48,405 bases of DNA from Candidatus Methylomirabilia bacterium (GTDB lineage Bacteria > Methylomirabilota > Methylomirabilia > Rokubacteriales > CSP1-6), in NCBI GenBank assembly GCA_041496385.1, contig JBGQEL010000024.1:1-48405 (forward strand), read 5' to 3'. The notes beneath the pieces were generated by a model, which was given only the letters and a program-made list of their open reading frames with translations, made no database searches and was not told where the DNA came from. The position numbers and the translations under genes were made by a program. Positions within the stretch are counted from its first letter, which is position 1, and each line of letters begins with the position of its first letter. Shown here piece by piece: positions 11,257-22,358 of the stretch.

Positions 11257-11336
11257 CTGCCATTACGGCAGATGATCCGTCATCGGCGTCAGAACGGTGA
11301 CGCACGCCCGACGCTAACTCCGCGTGAGACCGTCAC
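11257..11336. promoter_or_regulatory. Cluster of short inverted repeats (candidate enhancer/UAS sites)
   Basis: CTGCC-N5-GGCAG (11257-11271), GATGA-N4-TCATC (11271-11284), GCGTCA-N6-TGACGC (11286-11303), GTGA-N5-TCAC (11324-11336). Confidence 0.45.
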
Positions 11337-11339
11337 TTA

Positions 11340-11369
11340 TTGACACTCCGCGAAGAGACCTAGTATCAT
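11340..11369 (+). promoter_or_regulatory. sigma70-type promoter for alaC-hom-thrC
   Basis: TTGACA-N18-TATCAT, followed by an AGAGGAG SD before ATG 11396. Confidence 0.7.
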
Positions 11370-11395
11370 CCGGACGAGCCCCTGAGAGGAGTTCG

Positions 11396-12565
11396 ATGGA
11401 CGATTTCTATCGGATCAAGCGTCTGCCGCCCTACGTCTTCGCGATCGTCAACGACCTCAAGACGAAGGCGCGCGCGCAGGGCGCGGACATCATCGACCTC
11501 GGCATGGGCAATCCCGACCTCGGGACGCCCAAGCACATCGTCGCCAAGCTGATCGAGGCCGCGCAGAATCCGAAGAACCACCGCTACTCGGCCTCGCGCG
11601 GCATCACGCGCCTGCGCGTGGCGATCACGAAGTGGTACCGCGACCGCTACGGCGTCGAGCTCGATCCCGAGTCCGAGGCGATCGCCACCATCGGCGCGAA
11701 GGAAGGCCTGGCCCATCTGGCGCTCGCGGTGCTCCAGCCCGGCGACGGCGTGCTCGTGCCCAACCCGACCTACCCGATCCACTCCTACTCGGTGGTGATC
11801 GCCGACGGCGACCTGCGATCGGTCCCGCTGACGCCGGACGGGGATTTCTTCGGGCGGCTGGAGGAGACCGCGAAGCTGGCGTGGCCGAAGGCCAAGCTGC
11901 TGATCCTGTCGTTCCCGCACAACCCGACGACGATGTGCGTGGACCGCGCGTTCTTCGAGAGGGTCGTGGCGTTCGCGCGCGAGCACCGGCTCATGGTCGT
12001 CCACGACTTCGCCTACGCCGACCTCCACTTCGACGGCTACCGGCCGCCCTCGTTCCTCGAGGTGCCCGGCGCCAAGGAGGTCGGCGTCGAGCTCTTCTCG
12101 CTCACGAAGTCGTACAACATGGCCGGCTGGCGCCTGGCCTTCTGCTGCGGGAATCCCAAGATGATCCACGCGCTGGCGCGGATCAAGTCCTACCTCGACT
12201 ACGGCGTCTTCCAGCCCATCCAGATCGCCGGGATCATCGCGCTCGAGGGCGACCAGTCGGTCGTCGGCGAGATCAACGAGGTCTATCGCAAGCGCCGGGA
12301 CACGCTGGTGAACGGGCTCAACAAGATCGGCTGGTCCCTCCCGAAGCCCAAGGGCACCATGTTCGTCTGGGCGCCGATCCCGGAGCCCTACCGCGCGCTG
12401 GGCTCGCTCGAGTTCGCGAAGATGCTCATCCAGGAGGCGAAGGTGGCCGTCTCGCCGGGGATCGGGTTCGGGGAGTACGGCGAGGGCTACGTGCGCTTCG
12501 CGCTCGTCGAAAACGAGCAGCGGATCCGCCAGGCGCTCCGCGGGCTCAAGCAGCTGAACCACTGA
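11396..12565 (+). CDS. alaC: PLP-dependent class I/II aminotransferase, AlaC-like
   Basis: [64 protein letters not shown]; located directly upstream of hom-thrC. Confidence 0.8.
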   Translation: MDDFYRIKRLPPYVFAIVNDLKTKARAQGADIIDLGMGNPDLGTPKHIVAKLIEAAQNPKNHRYSASRGITRLRVAITKWYRDRYGVELDPESEAIATIGAKEGLAHLALAVLQPGDGVLVPNPTYPIHSYSVVIADGDLRSVPLTPDGDFFGRLEETAKLAWPKAKLLILSFPHNPTTMCVDRAFFERVVAFAREHRLMVVHDFAYADLHFDGYRPPSFLEVPGAKEVGVELFSLTKSYNMAGWRLAFCCGNPKMIHALARIKSYLDYGVFQPIQIAGIIALEGDQSVVGEINEVYRKRRDTLVNGLNKIGWSLPKPKGTMFVWAPIPEPYRALGSLEFAKMLIQEAKVAVSPGIGFGEYGEGYVRFALVENEQRIRQALRGLKQLNH

Positions 12566-12597
12566 TCCCCCCCACCCACGGGTCGGCCCCAGCTTCC

Positions 12598-13920
12598 ATG
12601 CCCACGAAGGACGTCCGGATCGCGCTCCTCGGCCTCGGCACGGTCGGCGGCGGCGTCGTCAAGATCCTCGAGTCGCGCCGCGCGATGCTCGAGGAGCGCG
12701 CGGGCGCCCGGCTCACGCTCGCCGCCGTCGCGGACACCGACCTCACGCGCCCGCGCGAGGGGCTCGACATCGGCAAGCTTCCGATGACGGCCGACGCGGC
12801 CAGCGTCCTCGCCGACCCTGGTATCCAGATCGTCATCGAGCTCGTCGGCGGCCTCGAGCCCGCGCGCACCTTCATCCTCCGGGCGCTCCAGGCGGGCAAG
12901 CACGTCGTCACGGCCAACAAGGCCCTCCTCGCCCACCACGGCGCCGAGCTCTACGACGAGGCGCGCCGCCGCGGCGTGACGCTCGCGTTCGAGGCGGCCG
13001 TCGCGGGCGGCATCCCGCTCATCCAGGCGGTCAAGGAAGGCCTCGTCGCCAACCGCATCCAGACCGTCTTCGGCATCGTCAACGGGACGTCGAACTACAT
13101 CCTGTCCAAGATGACCGACGAGGGCCTGGACTTCTCCGTCGTCCTCAAGGAGGCGCAGGCGGCGGGCTACGCCGAGGCCGATCCCACCCTCGACATCGAG
13201 GGCATGGACTCGGCCCACAAGCTCCAGATCCTGGTCTCGCTCGCGTTCCGGACGTTCGTGGACCTCAAGGACATCCACACCGAGGGCATCACCCGCGTCA
13301 CCCAGCAGGACATCGCCTATGCGCGGGAGCTCGGCTACCGGATCAAGCTCCTGGCCATCGCCAAGGCCGGCGACGCCGGGGCGCCGGGCGTGGAGGTCCG
13401 CGTCCATCCCACGATGATCCCGGCGCGCTCGCCGCTGGCCGCGGTCGCCGGCGTCTTCAACGCGATCTTCATCACCGGCGACGCCGTCGGCGACCTGATG
13501 TTCTACGGCCGCGGCGCGGGCCAGATGCCGACCGCCTCCGCCGTCTGGGCCGACACGCTCGACATCGCGCGCCGGATCGCCCACGGCATCCCCGCGCTGG
13601 CGCTCGAGCTGCCCTCGGCGGGCCCGACCGCGCTGCCGCTGCGGCCGATGGAGACGATCCGCTGCTGCTACTACCTGCGCGTGATGGCCCAGGACCGGCC
13701 CGGCGTGCTCTCGCGGGTCGCGGGCATCCTCGGCGACAACGACATCTCGATCGCCAACGTCATCCAGAAGGGGCGCGGGACGCGCGAGGCGGTGCCGGTC
13801 GTCATGCTGAGCCACGAGGCGCGCGAGCAGGACATGCGCCGGGCGCTGGCCGCGATCGACCGCCTCCCCGACGTCGCCACGCCGACGACGATGTTCCGCG
13901 TGGAAGGCGGCCCGGCGTGA
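12598..13920 (+). CDS. hom: Homoserine dehydrogenase with C-terminal ACT domain
   Basis: GLGTVGGG, VVTANKA, EAAVAGGIP, NGTSNYIL, GYAEADPTLDIEG, YGRGAG, DRPGVL. Confidence 0.97.
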   Translation: MPTKDVRIALLGLGTVGGGVVKILESRRAMLEERAGARLTLAAVADTDLTRPREGLDIGKLPMTADAASVLADPGIQIVIELVGGLEPARTFILRALQAGKHVVTANKALLAHHGAELYDEARRRGVTLAFEAAVAGGIPLIQAVKEGLVANRIQTVFGIVNGTSNYILSKMTDEGLDFSVVLKEAQAAGYAEADPTLDIEGMDSAHKLQILVSLAFRTFVDLKDIHTEGITRVTQQDIAYARELGYRIKLLAIAKAGDAGAPGVEVRVHPTMIPARSPLAAVAGVFNAIFITGDAVGDLMFYGRGAGQMPTASAVWADTLDIARRIAHGIPALALELPSAGPTALPLRPMETIRCCYYLRVMAQDRPGVLSRVAGILGDNDISIANVIQKGRGTREAVPVVMLSHEAREQDMRRALAAIDRLPDVATPTTMFRVEGGPA

Positions 13921-14975
13921 AGGCCTGGCCGGGCGTCATCGAGCACTACCGCGACTTCCTGCCGGTGACCGACGCGACGCCGATCGTCTCGCTCGGCGAG
14001 GGCAACACGCCGCTGATCCCCGCGCCCCGCCTCGCCGAGGCGACGGACGCGCGCCTGTCGATCTACCTCAAGTGCGAGGGCTTCAACCCGACGGGCTCGT
14101 TCAAGGACCGCGGGATGACGATGGCGATCTCGAAGGCGCTCGAGTCGGGCTCGCGCGCCGTCATCTGCGCCTCCACCGGCAACACCTCGGCGTCCGCGGC
14201 CGCCTTCGCCGCGCGGGCGGGCATCAAGGCCTTCGTCATGGTCCCGAAGGGCGCGGTCGCCCTCGGCAAGCTCTCGCAGGCCGCGATCCACGGCGCCAAG
14301 GTCCTCACCGTCGACGGCAACTTCGACCAGGCGCTGTCGATCGTCCGCCGGATCGCGGAGACCCACCCGGTGACGCTCGTCAACTCGGTGAACCCCTTCC
14401 GGCTCGAGGGGCAGAAGACCGGGGCGTTCGAGGTCGTGGACCAGCTCGGTCGCGCGCCCGACTACCACCTGATCCCCGTCGGCAACGCGGGGAACATCAC
14501 CGCGTACTGGCGAGGCTACCGCGAGTACCACCGCGCGGGACGCGCCAAGGAGCTGCCCCGCATGGTCGGCTTCCAGGCCGCGGGCGCGGCGCCGATCTAC
14601 GAGAACCGCGTGATCGAGGAGCCGCGCACCGTCGCGACGGCGATCAAGATCGGCAACCCCGCCTCCTGGGGCCCGGCGCTCGAGGCCATGCAGGACTCGA
14701 AAGGCTGGATCGACGTGGTCAGCGACGAGGAGATCCTCCGCGCCTACCGGATGCTCGCGCGGGAAGAAGGCATCTTCATGGAGCCCGCGTCCGCCGCCAC
14801 CGTGGCGGGCCTGATCAAGTCCGTCAAGGCCGGGCGCTTCGAGTCGGGCTCGACGCTCGTCCTCACGCTGACCGGCCACGGGCTCAAGGATCCCGACACC
14901 GCGCTCGAGTCGTCGTCACGGCCGACGACGGTGCCGCCCTCGATCGACGCCGTCCTCGCGCAGCTCGGACTCTGA
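13917..14975 (+). CDS. thrC: Threonine synthase
   Basis: LGEGNTPL, NPTGSFKDRGM, ASTGNTS, PVGNAGN, TGHGLKDP. GTGA overlap with hom. Confidence 0.97.
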   Translation: MKAWPGVIEHYRDFLPVTDATPIVSLGEGNTPLIPAPRLAEATDARLSIYLKCEGFNPTGSFKDRGMTMAISKALESGSRAVICASTGNTSASAAAFAARAGIKAFVMVPKGAVALGKLSQAAIHGAKVLTVDGNFDQALSIVRRIAETHPVTLVNSVNPFRLEGQKTGAFEVVDQLGRAPDYHLIPVGNAGNITAYWRGYREYHRAGRAKELPRMVGFQAAGAAPIYENRVIEEPRTVATAIKIGNPASWGPALEAMQDSKGWIDVVSDEEILRAYRMLAREEGIFMEPASAATVAGLIKSVKAGRFESGSTLVLTLTGHGLKDPDTALESSSRPTTVPPSIDAVLAQLGL

Positions 14976-15970
14976 GCCGGCTCAAGCTCGCCCTCGGCCT
15001 CGCCATCAGCGTCGCGCTCATCGTCTACCTCTTCCGGGCGGTGGATCTCGCCGAGCTCGGCCGGCAGCTCCGCGCGACGCACTGGGGCTGGGCCGCCGTG
15101 GCCACCGCGCTCTCGCCCGTCGCGATCTGGGTCCGCGCGCGGCGCTGGCACTATCTGTTCCCGCCGGGCTCCGAGCCGGCCGGGCTCGAGCCCGCGATCT
15201 GGATCGGCTACATGGCGAACAACGTCCTGCCGCTTCGCGCCGGCGAGCTCGTGCGCGTGTACGTGGTGGCGCGGCGCTGGAAGGCGGCGGAGGGGGGCGC
15301 CGGCCGCGCGCACGGCTTCTGGACGACGCTCGCGACGCTCATCGTCGAGCGCGCGCTCGACGGCCTCGCCGTCGTCCTGATCCTGGCGGTCCTGATCCTC
15401 GTGATCCCGGTGCCCGCGTACATGGAATGGGCTGCCCTGGTGCTCCTGGGGGTCGACCTCTGCGGCATCGCCGCACTCCTGGCGTTCGTGGTCGCGCCGC
15501 GCCTCTGCGAGCGGCTCATCGGGCGCCTCACGCGTCGCTGGCCCGTGCTCGAGCGCCGGCTCCTCCGGGCGTTCACGACGTTCGTCAGCGGGCTCGACGG
15601 CGTCCGCGCGCCGGGCCACCTCCTGCCGATCTTCCTGTGGTCCGGGCTCGTCTGGGTCGTGCCGGCGCTCGCGTTCTGGGCGATGCTGGTCGCGATGAAC
15701 CTGCACCTGCCGTGGGTCGCCGGCTGGACGGTCCTCGCGTTCGTGGGCCTCGGCGTCTCGATCCCGTCGGCGCCCGGCTACGTCGGCGTCTTCCACGCCG
15801 CGGCCGCGCTCGCCGTGGGCATCTTCGGCGTCGGGCCGTCCGCCGCGATCGGCTACGCCCTGGTCCTCCACGCGAGCCAGGTCGTGCCGATCACGCTGAT
15901 CGGCTGGGTCTACCTCCTGCGCGAGCACGTGAGCCTCGGCGAGGCCGCCCACGCGCGTCCGCCGGCGTGA
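14972..15970 (+). CDS. Lysylphosphatidylglycerol-synthase TM / UPF0104 flippase-like membrane protein
   Basis: RARRW, NNVLPLRAGELVR, IVERALD, PSAPGYVGVF. Start inferred at a CTG overlapping the thrC stop. Confidence 0.8.
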   Translation: MSRLKLALGLAISVALIVYLFRAVDLAELGRQLRATHWGWAAVATALSPVAIWVRARRWHYLFPPGSEPAGLEPAIWIGYMANNVLPLRAGELVRVYVVARRWKAAEGGAGRAHGFWTTLATLIVERALDGLAVVLILAVLILVIPVPAYMEWAALVLLGVDLCGIAALLAFVVAPRLCERLIGRLTRRWPVLERRLLRAFTTFVSGLDGVRAPGHLLPIFLWSGLVWVVPALAFWAMLVAMNLHLPWVAGWTVLAFVGLGVSIPSAPGYVGVFHAAAALAVGIFGVGPSAAIGYALVLHASQVVPITLIGWVYLLREHVSLGEAAHARPPA

Positions 15971-15985
15971 TAGATTTCTAGGGCC

Positions 15986-17212
15986 ATGGCGCTGATCGTG
16001 CAGAAGTACGGCGGCTCGTCGGTCGCCGACGCGGACCGGATCCGGAACGTCGCGCGCCGGGTGGCCGAGAGCGCCGCGGGCGGCCACCAGCTGGTCGTCG
16101 TCGTCTCGGCGATGGGCAAGACCACCGACGGCCTCCTCGGCCTCGCCCGCCAGGTCAGCCCGGCGCCGGACGCGCGTGAGATGGACATGCTGCTCGCGAC
16201 GGGCGAGCAGGTCACGATCGCGCTGCTCGCGATGGCGCTCCAGGCGCTCGGCCTCCCGGCGCGCTCGCTCACCGGGCCCCAGGTCGGCATCCGGACGGAC
16301 CGCGCGCACACGCAGGCGCGGATCACCCAGATCACGGCCGAGCGCGTGCGCCAGGCGCTCGACGCGGGCGAGGTCGCGGTCGTCGCCGGCTTCCAGGGGC
16401 TCTCCGACGCCGACGAGATCACGACGCTCGGCCGCGGCGGCTCGGACCTGACCGGCGTCGCGCTCGCGGCAGCGCTAAAGGCCGACGTGTGCGAGATCTA
16501 CACCGACGTCGACGGCGTCTACACCGCCGACCCGAACATCGTGCCCGACGCCAGGAAGCTCGGGCGGGTCGCCTACGACGAGATGCTCGAGATGGCGAGC
16601 CTCGGCGCGAAGGTGCTCCAGTCGCGCTCGGTCGAGTTCGCCAAGAAGTACGGCGTCACGGTGCACGTGCGCTCGACGTTCAAGCCGGACGCGGGCACGC
16701 TCGTGACGAAAGAGGAGCAGGGCATGGAAGAGGTGGTCGTCACCGGTGTCACCCACGACCGGAGCCAGGCGAAGCTCTCGATCCTGCGCGTGCCCGACCG
16801 GCCCGGCATCGCCGCGCAGGTGTTCGGCGCGCTCGCCGCGCGGACCATCGTCGTGGACATGATCGTCCAGAACATCGGCCAGGACGGCTCCACCGACATG
16901 TCCTTCACGCTGCCGCGCGGCGACCACGCGCGCGCGCTGGCGGCCCTCGAGGAGGTCGCGCGCGCCATCGGCGCGCAGGGCGTCGTGCACGACGAGCGCG
17001 TCGCGAAGGTGTCGATCGTGGGCGTCGGCATGCGCAGCCACTCGGGCGTCGCGGCGAAGATGTTCGCGACGCTCGCCGGCGAGGGCATCAACATCCAGAT
17101 GATCTCGACCTCCGAGATCGCGGTCTCCTGCGTCATCGAGGACAAGTACGCGGAGCTCGCGGTCCGCGCGCTCCACGATGCCTTCGAAGTTGGCAAAGGC
17201 GGTGCGAGGTGA
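15986..17212 (+). CDS. lysC: Aspartate kinase (two ACT domains)
   Basis: [51 protein letters not shown]. Confidence 0.97.
   Translation: MALIVQKYGGSSVADADRIRNVARRVAESAAGGHQLVVVVSAMGKTTDGLLGLARQVSPAPDAREMDMLLATGEQVTIALLAMALQALGLPARSLTGPQVGIRTDRAHTQARITQITAERVRQALDAGEVAVVAGFQGLSDADEITTLGRGGSDLTGVALAAALKADVCEIYTDVDGVYTADPNIVPDARKLGRVAYDEMLEMASLGAKVLQSRSVEFAKKYGVTVHVRSTFKPDAGTLVTKEEQGMEEVVVTGVTHDRSQAKLSILRVPDRPGIAAQVFGALAARTIVVDMIVQNIGQDGSTDMSFTLPRGDHARALAALEEVARAIGAQGVVHDERVAKVSIVGVGMRSHSGVAAKMFATLAGEGINIQMISTSEIAVSCVIEDKYAELAVRALHDAFEVGKGGAR
16724..17212 (+). CDS. Putative aspartate kinase beta subunit (internal in-frame start within lysC)
   Basis: AGGAG at 16713-16717, 6 nt before in-frame ATG (codon 247) starting [12 protein letters not shown], which matches the beta-subunit start of alpha2beta2 aspartokinases. 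Confidence 0.65.
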   Translation: MEEVVVTGVTHDRSQAKLSILRVPDRPGIAAQVFGALAARTIVVDMIVQNIGQDGSTDMSFTLPRGDHARALAALEEVARAIGAQGVVHDERVAKVSIVGVGMRSHSGVAAKMFATLAGEGINIQMISTSEIAVSCVIEDKYAELAVRALHDAFEVGKGGAR

Positions 17213-18321
17213 GCACGGGCAAGGCCGCCGTCTTCCTCGGCCCCGGCAAGCCGTTCGAGATCCGCGAGCTGCCGATCCCCGAGGTGGAGCCCGACGCGGT
17301 GCTCGTCCGCGTCGCGCTCGCCAACGTCTGCGGCTCGGACCTGCACTTCTGGCGCGGCGACGCGCCGCTGCGCCTGCCCGAGGACGGCTGGGTCTTCGGC
17401 CACGAGATGACCGGGCGCGTCGCCCGGCTCGGCGCGCGCGTCAAGACGGACTCGCTCGGCCGCCCGCTCAAGGAGGGCGACCGCGTCGCCTACGCCTACT
17501 TCTATCCGTGCGGGCGCTGCCACCCCTGCATCAACAACGAGCCCGCCGCGTGCATGTTCAAGGTCGGCCGGCCGCTCGGGCCCTCGGAGTTCCCGCACTT
17601 CCACGGCGCGTTCGCCGAGTACTACTACCTCAAGCCCGGCGGCGCCATCTTCAAGGTGCCCGACGCGCTCCCCGACGCGCTGGTCGCGCCGGTGAACTGC
17701 GCGCTCAGCCAGGTCATCTTCGGCCTCACCAAGGGCGGCCTCCGCTTCGGCGACACGGTCGTCATCCAGGGCGCGGGCGGCCTCGGTATCCAGGCCGCGG
17801 CGGCCGCGAAGGACATGGGCGCCTCGGTCGTCATCGTACTGGACCAGATCCCCGGGCGGCTCGAGCTGGCGAAGGCGTTCGGCGCCGATCACACGATCAA
17901 CGTCAAGGAGATCGCCGACCGGAAGGACCGGGTGAGCCTCGTCCGCAAGCTCACGGGCGGCGCGGGCGCGGACGTCGCCTGCGACTTCGTCGGGTTCCCC
18001 AACGTCATCCCCGAGGGCATCGAGATGCTGCGGCAGGGCGGGACGTACGTCGAGATCGGCACGATCAGCCGCGGCGTGAAGGTGGAGCTCGAGCCGGCGG
18101 CGCTCGTCTGGGGCGCCAAGCGGATCGTCGGCGTCATCATGTACGACCCGTGGGTGATCCCACGCGCGCTCGACTTCCTCGTGCGGAACCGCGCGCGCTG
18201 GCCCTTCGACCGGCTGCTCTCGCACACCTACCCGCTCGAGGAGATCAACCGCGCGTTCGCCGAGTCCGAGTGGCACGCGAAGGAGACGACGAGCATCACG
18301 CGCGCGGCGCTGGCGCCCTAG
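17209..18321 (+). CDS. Zinc-dependent alcohol dehydrogenase (MDR family)
   Basis: VCGSDLH, GHEMTG, CGRCHPC...C structural zinc site, GAGGLG. GTGA overlap with lysC. Confidence 0.92.
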   Translation: MSTGKAAVFLGPGKPFEIRELPIPEVEPDAVLVRVALANVCGSDLHFWRGDAPLRLPEDGWVFGHEMTGRVARLGARVKTDSLGRPLKEGDRVAYAYFYPCGRCHPCINNEPAACMFKVGRPLGPSEFPHFHGAFAEYYYLKPGGAIFKVPDALPDALVAPVNCALSQVIFGLTKGGLRFGDTVVIQGAGGLGIQAAAAAKDMGASVVIVLDQIPGRLELAKAFGADHTINVKEIADRKDRVSLVRKLTGGAGADVACDFVGFPNVIPEGIEMLRQGGTYVEIGTISRGVKVELEPAALVWGAKRIVGVIMYDPWVIPRALDFLVRNRARWPFDRLLSHTYPLEEINRAFAESEWHAKETTSITRAALAP

Positions 18322-18391
18322 CGCGGAGCCGGCGCGCCGTATCTTCTTTTCGACTCTAGCCAGGCGCCGGGCGGCGTGGGATCGTCGGCCC

Positions 18392-18826
18392 ATGACGCCC
18401 TACACACGTCACCAGCTCCTCGTCCTCCTGGTCCTGCTGCTCGTCGCGGGACTCGGCCTGGCGGTCGGCCACTGGCGCCGCGCGCATCCCGACCTCGTCG
18501 AGCGCCTCGAGCAGCTCGACCGGCGCGCGGCGCCGCCCGCACCCCCGCCCGCGCCGCGCGGCGCGGACGGGGACGCACGCGCGCCCGCCCCACGACGGCG
18601 CGGCCCCGCGGCGGCCGCGACCGACGGCCTGCCGATCGATCTCAATCACGCGGACGCGCAGGAGCTCGTGAGGCTCCCGGGCGTGGGCCCGGCGCTCGCC
18701 GCCCGGATCGTCGCCGCGCGCGAGGCGGCCGGGTCCTTCGCGACGCTCGACGAGCTCCGCCACGTTCGCGGCCTCGGTCGCGCCAAGCTCGAGCGCCTCC
18801 GGCCGCTCGTGAGCCTCGCCCCGTGA
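18392..18826 (+). CDS. comEA: Competence DNA-binding protein ComEA (helix-hairpin-helix)
   Basis: N-terminal TM, IDLNHADAQELVRLPGVGPALAARIV, F..LDEL..VRGLG; adjacent to comEC. Confidence 0.88.
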   Translation: MTPYTRHQLLVLLVLLLVAGLGLAVGHWRRAHPDLVERLEQLDRRAAPPAPPPAPRGADGDARAPAPRRRGPAAAATDGLPIDLNHADAQELVRLPGVGPALAARIVAAREAAGSFATLDELRHVRGLGRAKLERLRPLVSLAP

Positions 18827-21108
18827 TGCTCGACCGGATGCCGCTCGTGCCGGTGGCCGCCGCGTTCGCCGCCGGCATCGTGGGCGCGCCGGCGATCCGT
18901 GCCGACGTGGCGTGGGTCGCGTGGGGTCTGGCGCTCGCGGCCGGCGCGGCGCTCCTGCGGCTCGGCCGCGTCCCCTGGGCCACCGCCGCGCTCCTCACGG
19001 GCGTCGCGGCCGCGGGAGTCTTACGTTCCGTCGAGCCTCCGCTGCCGCCCGACCACGTCGCGCGGCTCGAGCTGCCACGGATCGCGCGCGTGGAGGGCCG
19101 GGTCGCGGCCGCGCCCGTTCGCTTCGCCGCGGATCGCGCCCGGCTGGTGATCGAGGCCGAGCGCGTGGACGGCGCCCCGCGCTCCGGACTCATCCAGGCC
19201 ACGGTCTACGGTGAGCCGCCGCCGCTCGTCGAGGGCCAGCGCCTGGCCGCCGAGCTGAAGCTGCACCCGGCTCTCGGCTTCCGCAACCCCGACGGCTTCG
19301 ACTACGCGGCGCACCTGGCGCGCGACGGCATTCGCGTCACCGGCTCGACCCGCGCGGAGCGCCTCGAGCCGCTCGAGGCGCCGCGCCCCGGCTGGGCCGC
19401 GCGGGTCCGCGCGCGGGCGCTCGAGGCCATCGCCGGCGCGCTGCCGCCTGCCTCCGCGGCGCTGCTCGGCGGCCTGCTCTTCGGCGAGCGGACGGAGCTG
19501 CCGCGCGAGCTCGACGACGGCTTCCGCCGGGCCGGCGTCTATCACGTCCTCGCGGTCTCGGGCTTCAACGTGGCGCTGCTCGCGGCGGCCGTGTTCGCGC
19601 TCTGCCGGCTCCTCCGCCTGGACCGCCGTCTCTCGGCCGTCGTCGCCCTCGTGCTCGTGCTCGGCTTCGCGGCCGTCGTCGGCGCCGAGCCGTCGGTCCT
19701 CCGCGCCGTCATCATGGCGGTGCTCGTCCTGGCGGCGCTCCTGCTCGAGCGCGAGGCCGCGGTCGTCAACAGCCTGGCGCTCGCCGCGCTCCTGATCCTG
19801 GCGTGGCGCCCCGGCGACCTCCTCGAGCCCGGCTTCCAGCTCTCGTTCGCCGCGACCGCCGGGATCGTCGCCGCCCCGCTGCCGCGCGGCCTCGTCCTCG
19901 GGGCGATCGGCGTGAGCGTGGCGGCGCAGCTCGCCGTGCTGCCGATCACGCTCGCCCACTTCAACCAGCTCTCGACGATCGGCGTCGTGGCGAACCTCGG
20001 CGTCGTACCCCTCGCGGGCCTGGCGACCGTCCTGGGGCTCGCGGGCGTGGGCCTCGCGTTCGCGAGCGAGACCCTCGCGGCGATCGCGCTCGACGCCGTC
20101 TGGCCCGTGCTGCTCGCGCTGCGTGGCCTCGTGGCGCTCGCGGCCGCCGTGCCGGGCGCGGTCGTGTACCTGCCCGCCCCACCCTGGCCCGCCCTCGTCT
20201 GCTACGCCGCGGCGCTCGGGCTCGGGCTCCTCGCGTGGCACGCGCGCGAGACGCGCCCCCGCCGGGCGCGGCTCGTGGGGTGCGCGGCGCCGGCGCTCCT
20301 GATCGTGGCGGTGGCGCTCGAAGCGTGGCCGCTCCTGCGGCCGCCGGACGGACGGCTCCGGCTGACGGTGCTCGACGTCGGTCAGGGCGACGCGATCGTC
20401 CTCGAGGCGCCCGACGGCCGGGCCGCGCTCGTCGACGCGGGCTCGGGCGGGCCGATGCGTCTCGACGCCGGCGAGCGGGTCGTCGCCCCCTACCTCTGGA
20501 ACCGCGGCGTGCTGCGCCTCGCGGCGACCGCCGTCACGCACGCCGACGCCGACCACGCCGGCGGCATGGCCGCCATCGATCGGCTGTTCGCGGTCGGCGA
20601 GAGGTGGGACGCGGACGCCCTCGTGCGCGGTGCCGATGGGCTCGGCGGCGCCCTGATCTCGCAGCTGGGGCCGTTGCCGCCGCGCGGCGGCACGCCCCGG
20701 AGCCGCAACAACGAGGCGCTCGTGCTGCGGATCGAGTACGGGCTCGCGTCGTTCCTGCTGGCGTCCGACATCGAGGCGGAGCGCGAGCAGGCGCTCGTCG
20801 CCGCGGGCGCACCGCTCGCGGCGACCGTGCTCAAGGTCGCCCACCACGGCTCGCGCTCCTCGACGACGGCGGCCTTCCTCCGTGCCGTGCGCCCCCTCGT
20901 CGCGATCGTCTCGGTCGGGGCGCGGAACGTCTACGGCCACCCCGACGCGGGCGTGATGGCGCGGCTCGAGGCGACGGGCGCCCGCGTCTACCGCACGGAC
21001 CGCGACGGCGCCCTCGTCCTCGAGACCGACGGCCGCATGCTGACGGTGACCCGCTGGGCCGCCCGCGCCACCGAGCGGTTCTGTCTCGACCCGGAGACGA
21101 TTTGCTAG
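18826..21108 (+). CDS. comEC: DNA internalization competence protein ComEC/Rec2
   Basis: NPDGFDY OB region, [53 protein letters not shown] overlap with comEA. Confidence 0.95.
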   Translation: MLDRMPLVPVAAAFAAGIVGAPAIRADVAWVAWGLALAAGAALLRLGRVPWATAALLTGVAAAGVLRSVEPPLPPDHVARLELPRIARVEGRVAAAPVRFAADRARLVIEAERVDGAPRSGLIQATVYGEPPPLVEGQRLAAELKLHPALGFRNPDGFDYAAHLARDGIRVTGSTRAERLEPLEAPRPGWAARVRARALEAIAGALPPASAALLGGLLFGERTELPRELDDGFRRAGVYHVLAVSGFNVALLAAAVFALCRLLRLDRRLSAVVALVLVLGFAAVVGAEPSVLRAVIMAVLVLAALLLEREAAVVNSLALAALLILAWRPGDLLEPGFQLSFAATAGIVAAPLPRGLVLGAIGVSVAAQLAVLPITLAHFNQLSTIGVVANLGVVPLAGLATVLGLAGVGLAFASETLAAIALDAVWPVLLALRGLVALAAAVPGAVVYLPAPPWPALVCYAAALGLGLLAWHARETRPRRARLVGCAAPALLIVAVALEAWPLLRPPDGRLRLTVLDVGQGDAIVLEAPDGRAALVDAGSGGPMRLDAGERVVAPYLWNRGVLRLAATAVTHADADHAGGMAAIDRLFAVGERWDADALVRGADGLGGALISQLGPLPPRGGTPRSRNNEALVLRIEYGLASFLLASDIEAEREQALVAAGAPLAATVLKVAHHGSRSSTTAAFLRAVRPLVAIVSVGARNVYGHPDAGVMARLEATGARVYRTDRDGALVLETDGRMLTVTRWAARATERFCLDPETIC

Positions 21109-21119
21109 AATCGACCGCC

Positions 21120-22355
21120 ATGACCAGCGTGAACGGCCACTACCTGAAGCTGAAGGCGAGCTACCTCTTCTCCGAGATCGCGCGCCGGGTGAAGGAGTTC
21201 CAGGCGGCGCATCCCGAGGCGAAGCTCATCCGGCTCGGCATCGGCGACATCACGGATCCGCTGTCACCCGCGATCATCCGGGCGCTCCATGCGGCGGTGG
21301 ACGAGATGGCCCGTCCCGAGTCCTTCCGCGGTTACGGCCCGGAGACCGGCTACGACTTCCTCACCGAGCTCGTCGCCAAGCACGACTACGGCGCGCGCGG
21401 CGTCCGCATGGAGCTCGACGAGATCTTCGTGAGCGACGGCGGCAAGAGCGACAGCGCGAATATCCAGGAGATCTTCGCCGCCGAGGCGGTCGTCGCGCTG
21501 ACCGATCCCGTCTATCCCGTGTACCTCGACAGCAACGTGATGGCCGGTCGCGCGGGCTCGCCCGACGCGGCCGGGCGCTACGACCGCGTCGTCTACCTGC
21601 CCTGCACGGCCGAGAACAACTTCGAGCCGGCGCTGCCCGATCGGCCGGTGGATCTCGTCTACCTGTGCTTTCCGAACAATCCGACGGGCGCCGCGCTCAC
21701 GCGGGGGGCGCTCGGGCGCTGGGTGGACTGGGCGCGCCGCCAGGGCGCCGTGCTCCTCTACGACGCGGCCTACGAGGGATACATCCGCGACCCCGACGTG
21801 CCGCACTCGATCTACGAGATCGAGGGCGCGCGCGAGGTGGCGATCGAGTTCCGGAGCTTCTCCAAGACGGCCGGCTTCACCGGGACGCGCTGCGCCTTCA
21901 CCGTGGTCCCGAAGGAGCTGCAGGGCAAGGACGCCGCCGGCAACGCCGTCGGCCTGAACGCGCTGTGGTTCCGGCGCCAGTCCACGAAGTTCAACGGCGT
22001 CGCCTACATCATCCAGCGGGCGGCGGCGGCGGCGTACACGGACGAGGGCCGGCGCGAGGTGCGGAGCGCGATCGACTACCGGATGGAGAACGCGCGCATC
22101 ATCCGCGAAGGGCTCGAGGCCGCGGGCCACCGCGTCCATGGCGGCCGCAACGCGCCCTACGTCTGGGTCAAGACGCCGCCGGGACTCTCGTCGTGGGACT
22201 TCTTCGACCGGCTCCTACACGAGGCGCACGTCGTGGGGACGCCGGGTGCGGGGTTCGGGCCGAGCGGCGAGGGCTACTTCCGGCTCACGGGCTTCGGCCG
22301 GCGCGAGCAGGCCGAGGAGGCCGTCGAGCGCATCAAGACGCGGGTCGCGCTCTAG
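21120..22355 (+). CDS. dapL: LL-diaminopimelate aminotransferase
   Basis: [84 protein letters not shown]. Confidence 0.95.
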   Translation: MTSVNGHYLKLKASYLFSEIARRVKEFQAAHPEAKLIRLGIGDITDPLSPAIIRALHAAVDEMARPESFRGYGPETGYDFLTELVAKHDYGARGVRMELDEIFVSDGGKSDSANIQEIFAAEAVVALTDPVYPVYLDSNVMAGRAGSPDAAGRYDRVVYLPCTAENNFEPALPDRPVDLVYLCFPNNPTGAALTRGALGRWVDWARRQGAVLLYDAAYEGYIRDPDVPHSIYEIEGAREVAIEFRSFSKTAGFTGTRCAFTVVPKELQGKDAAGNAVGLNALWFRRQSTKFNGVAYIIQRAAAAAYTDEGRREVRSAIDYRMENARIIREGLEAAGHRVHGGRNAPYVWVKTPPGLSSWDFFDRLLHEAHVVGTPGAGFGPSGEGYFRLTGFGRREQAEEAVERIKTRVAL

Positions 22356-22358
22356 GCG

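Noticed and set aside
18322..18391. CCGGCGC...GCGCCGG inverted repeat around a pyrimidine-rich patch upstream of comEA
   Set aside because: Neither a convincing terminator nor a well-spaced promoter; function cannot be supported.
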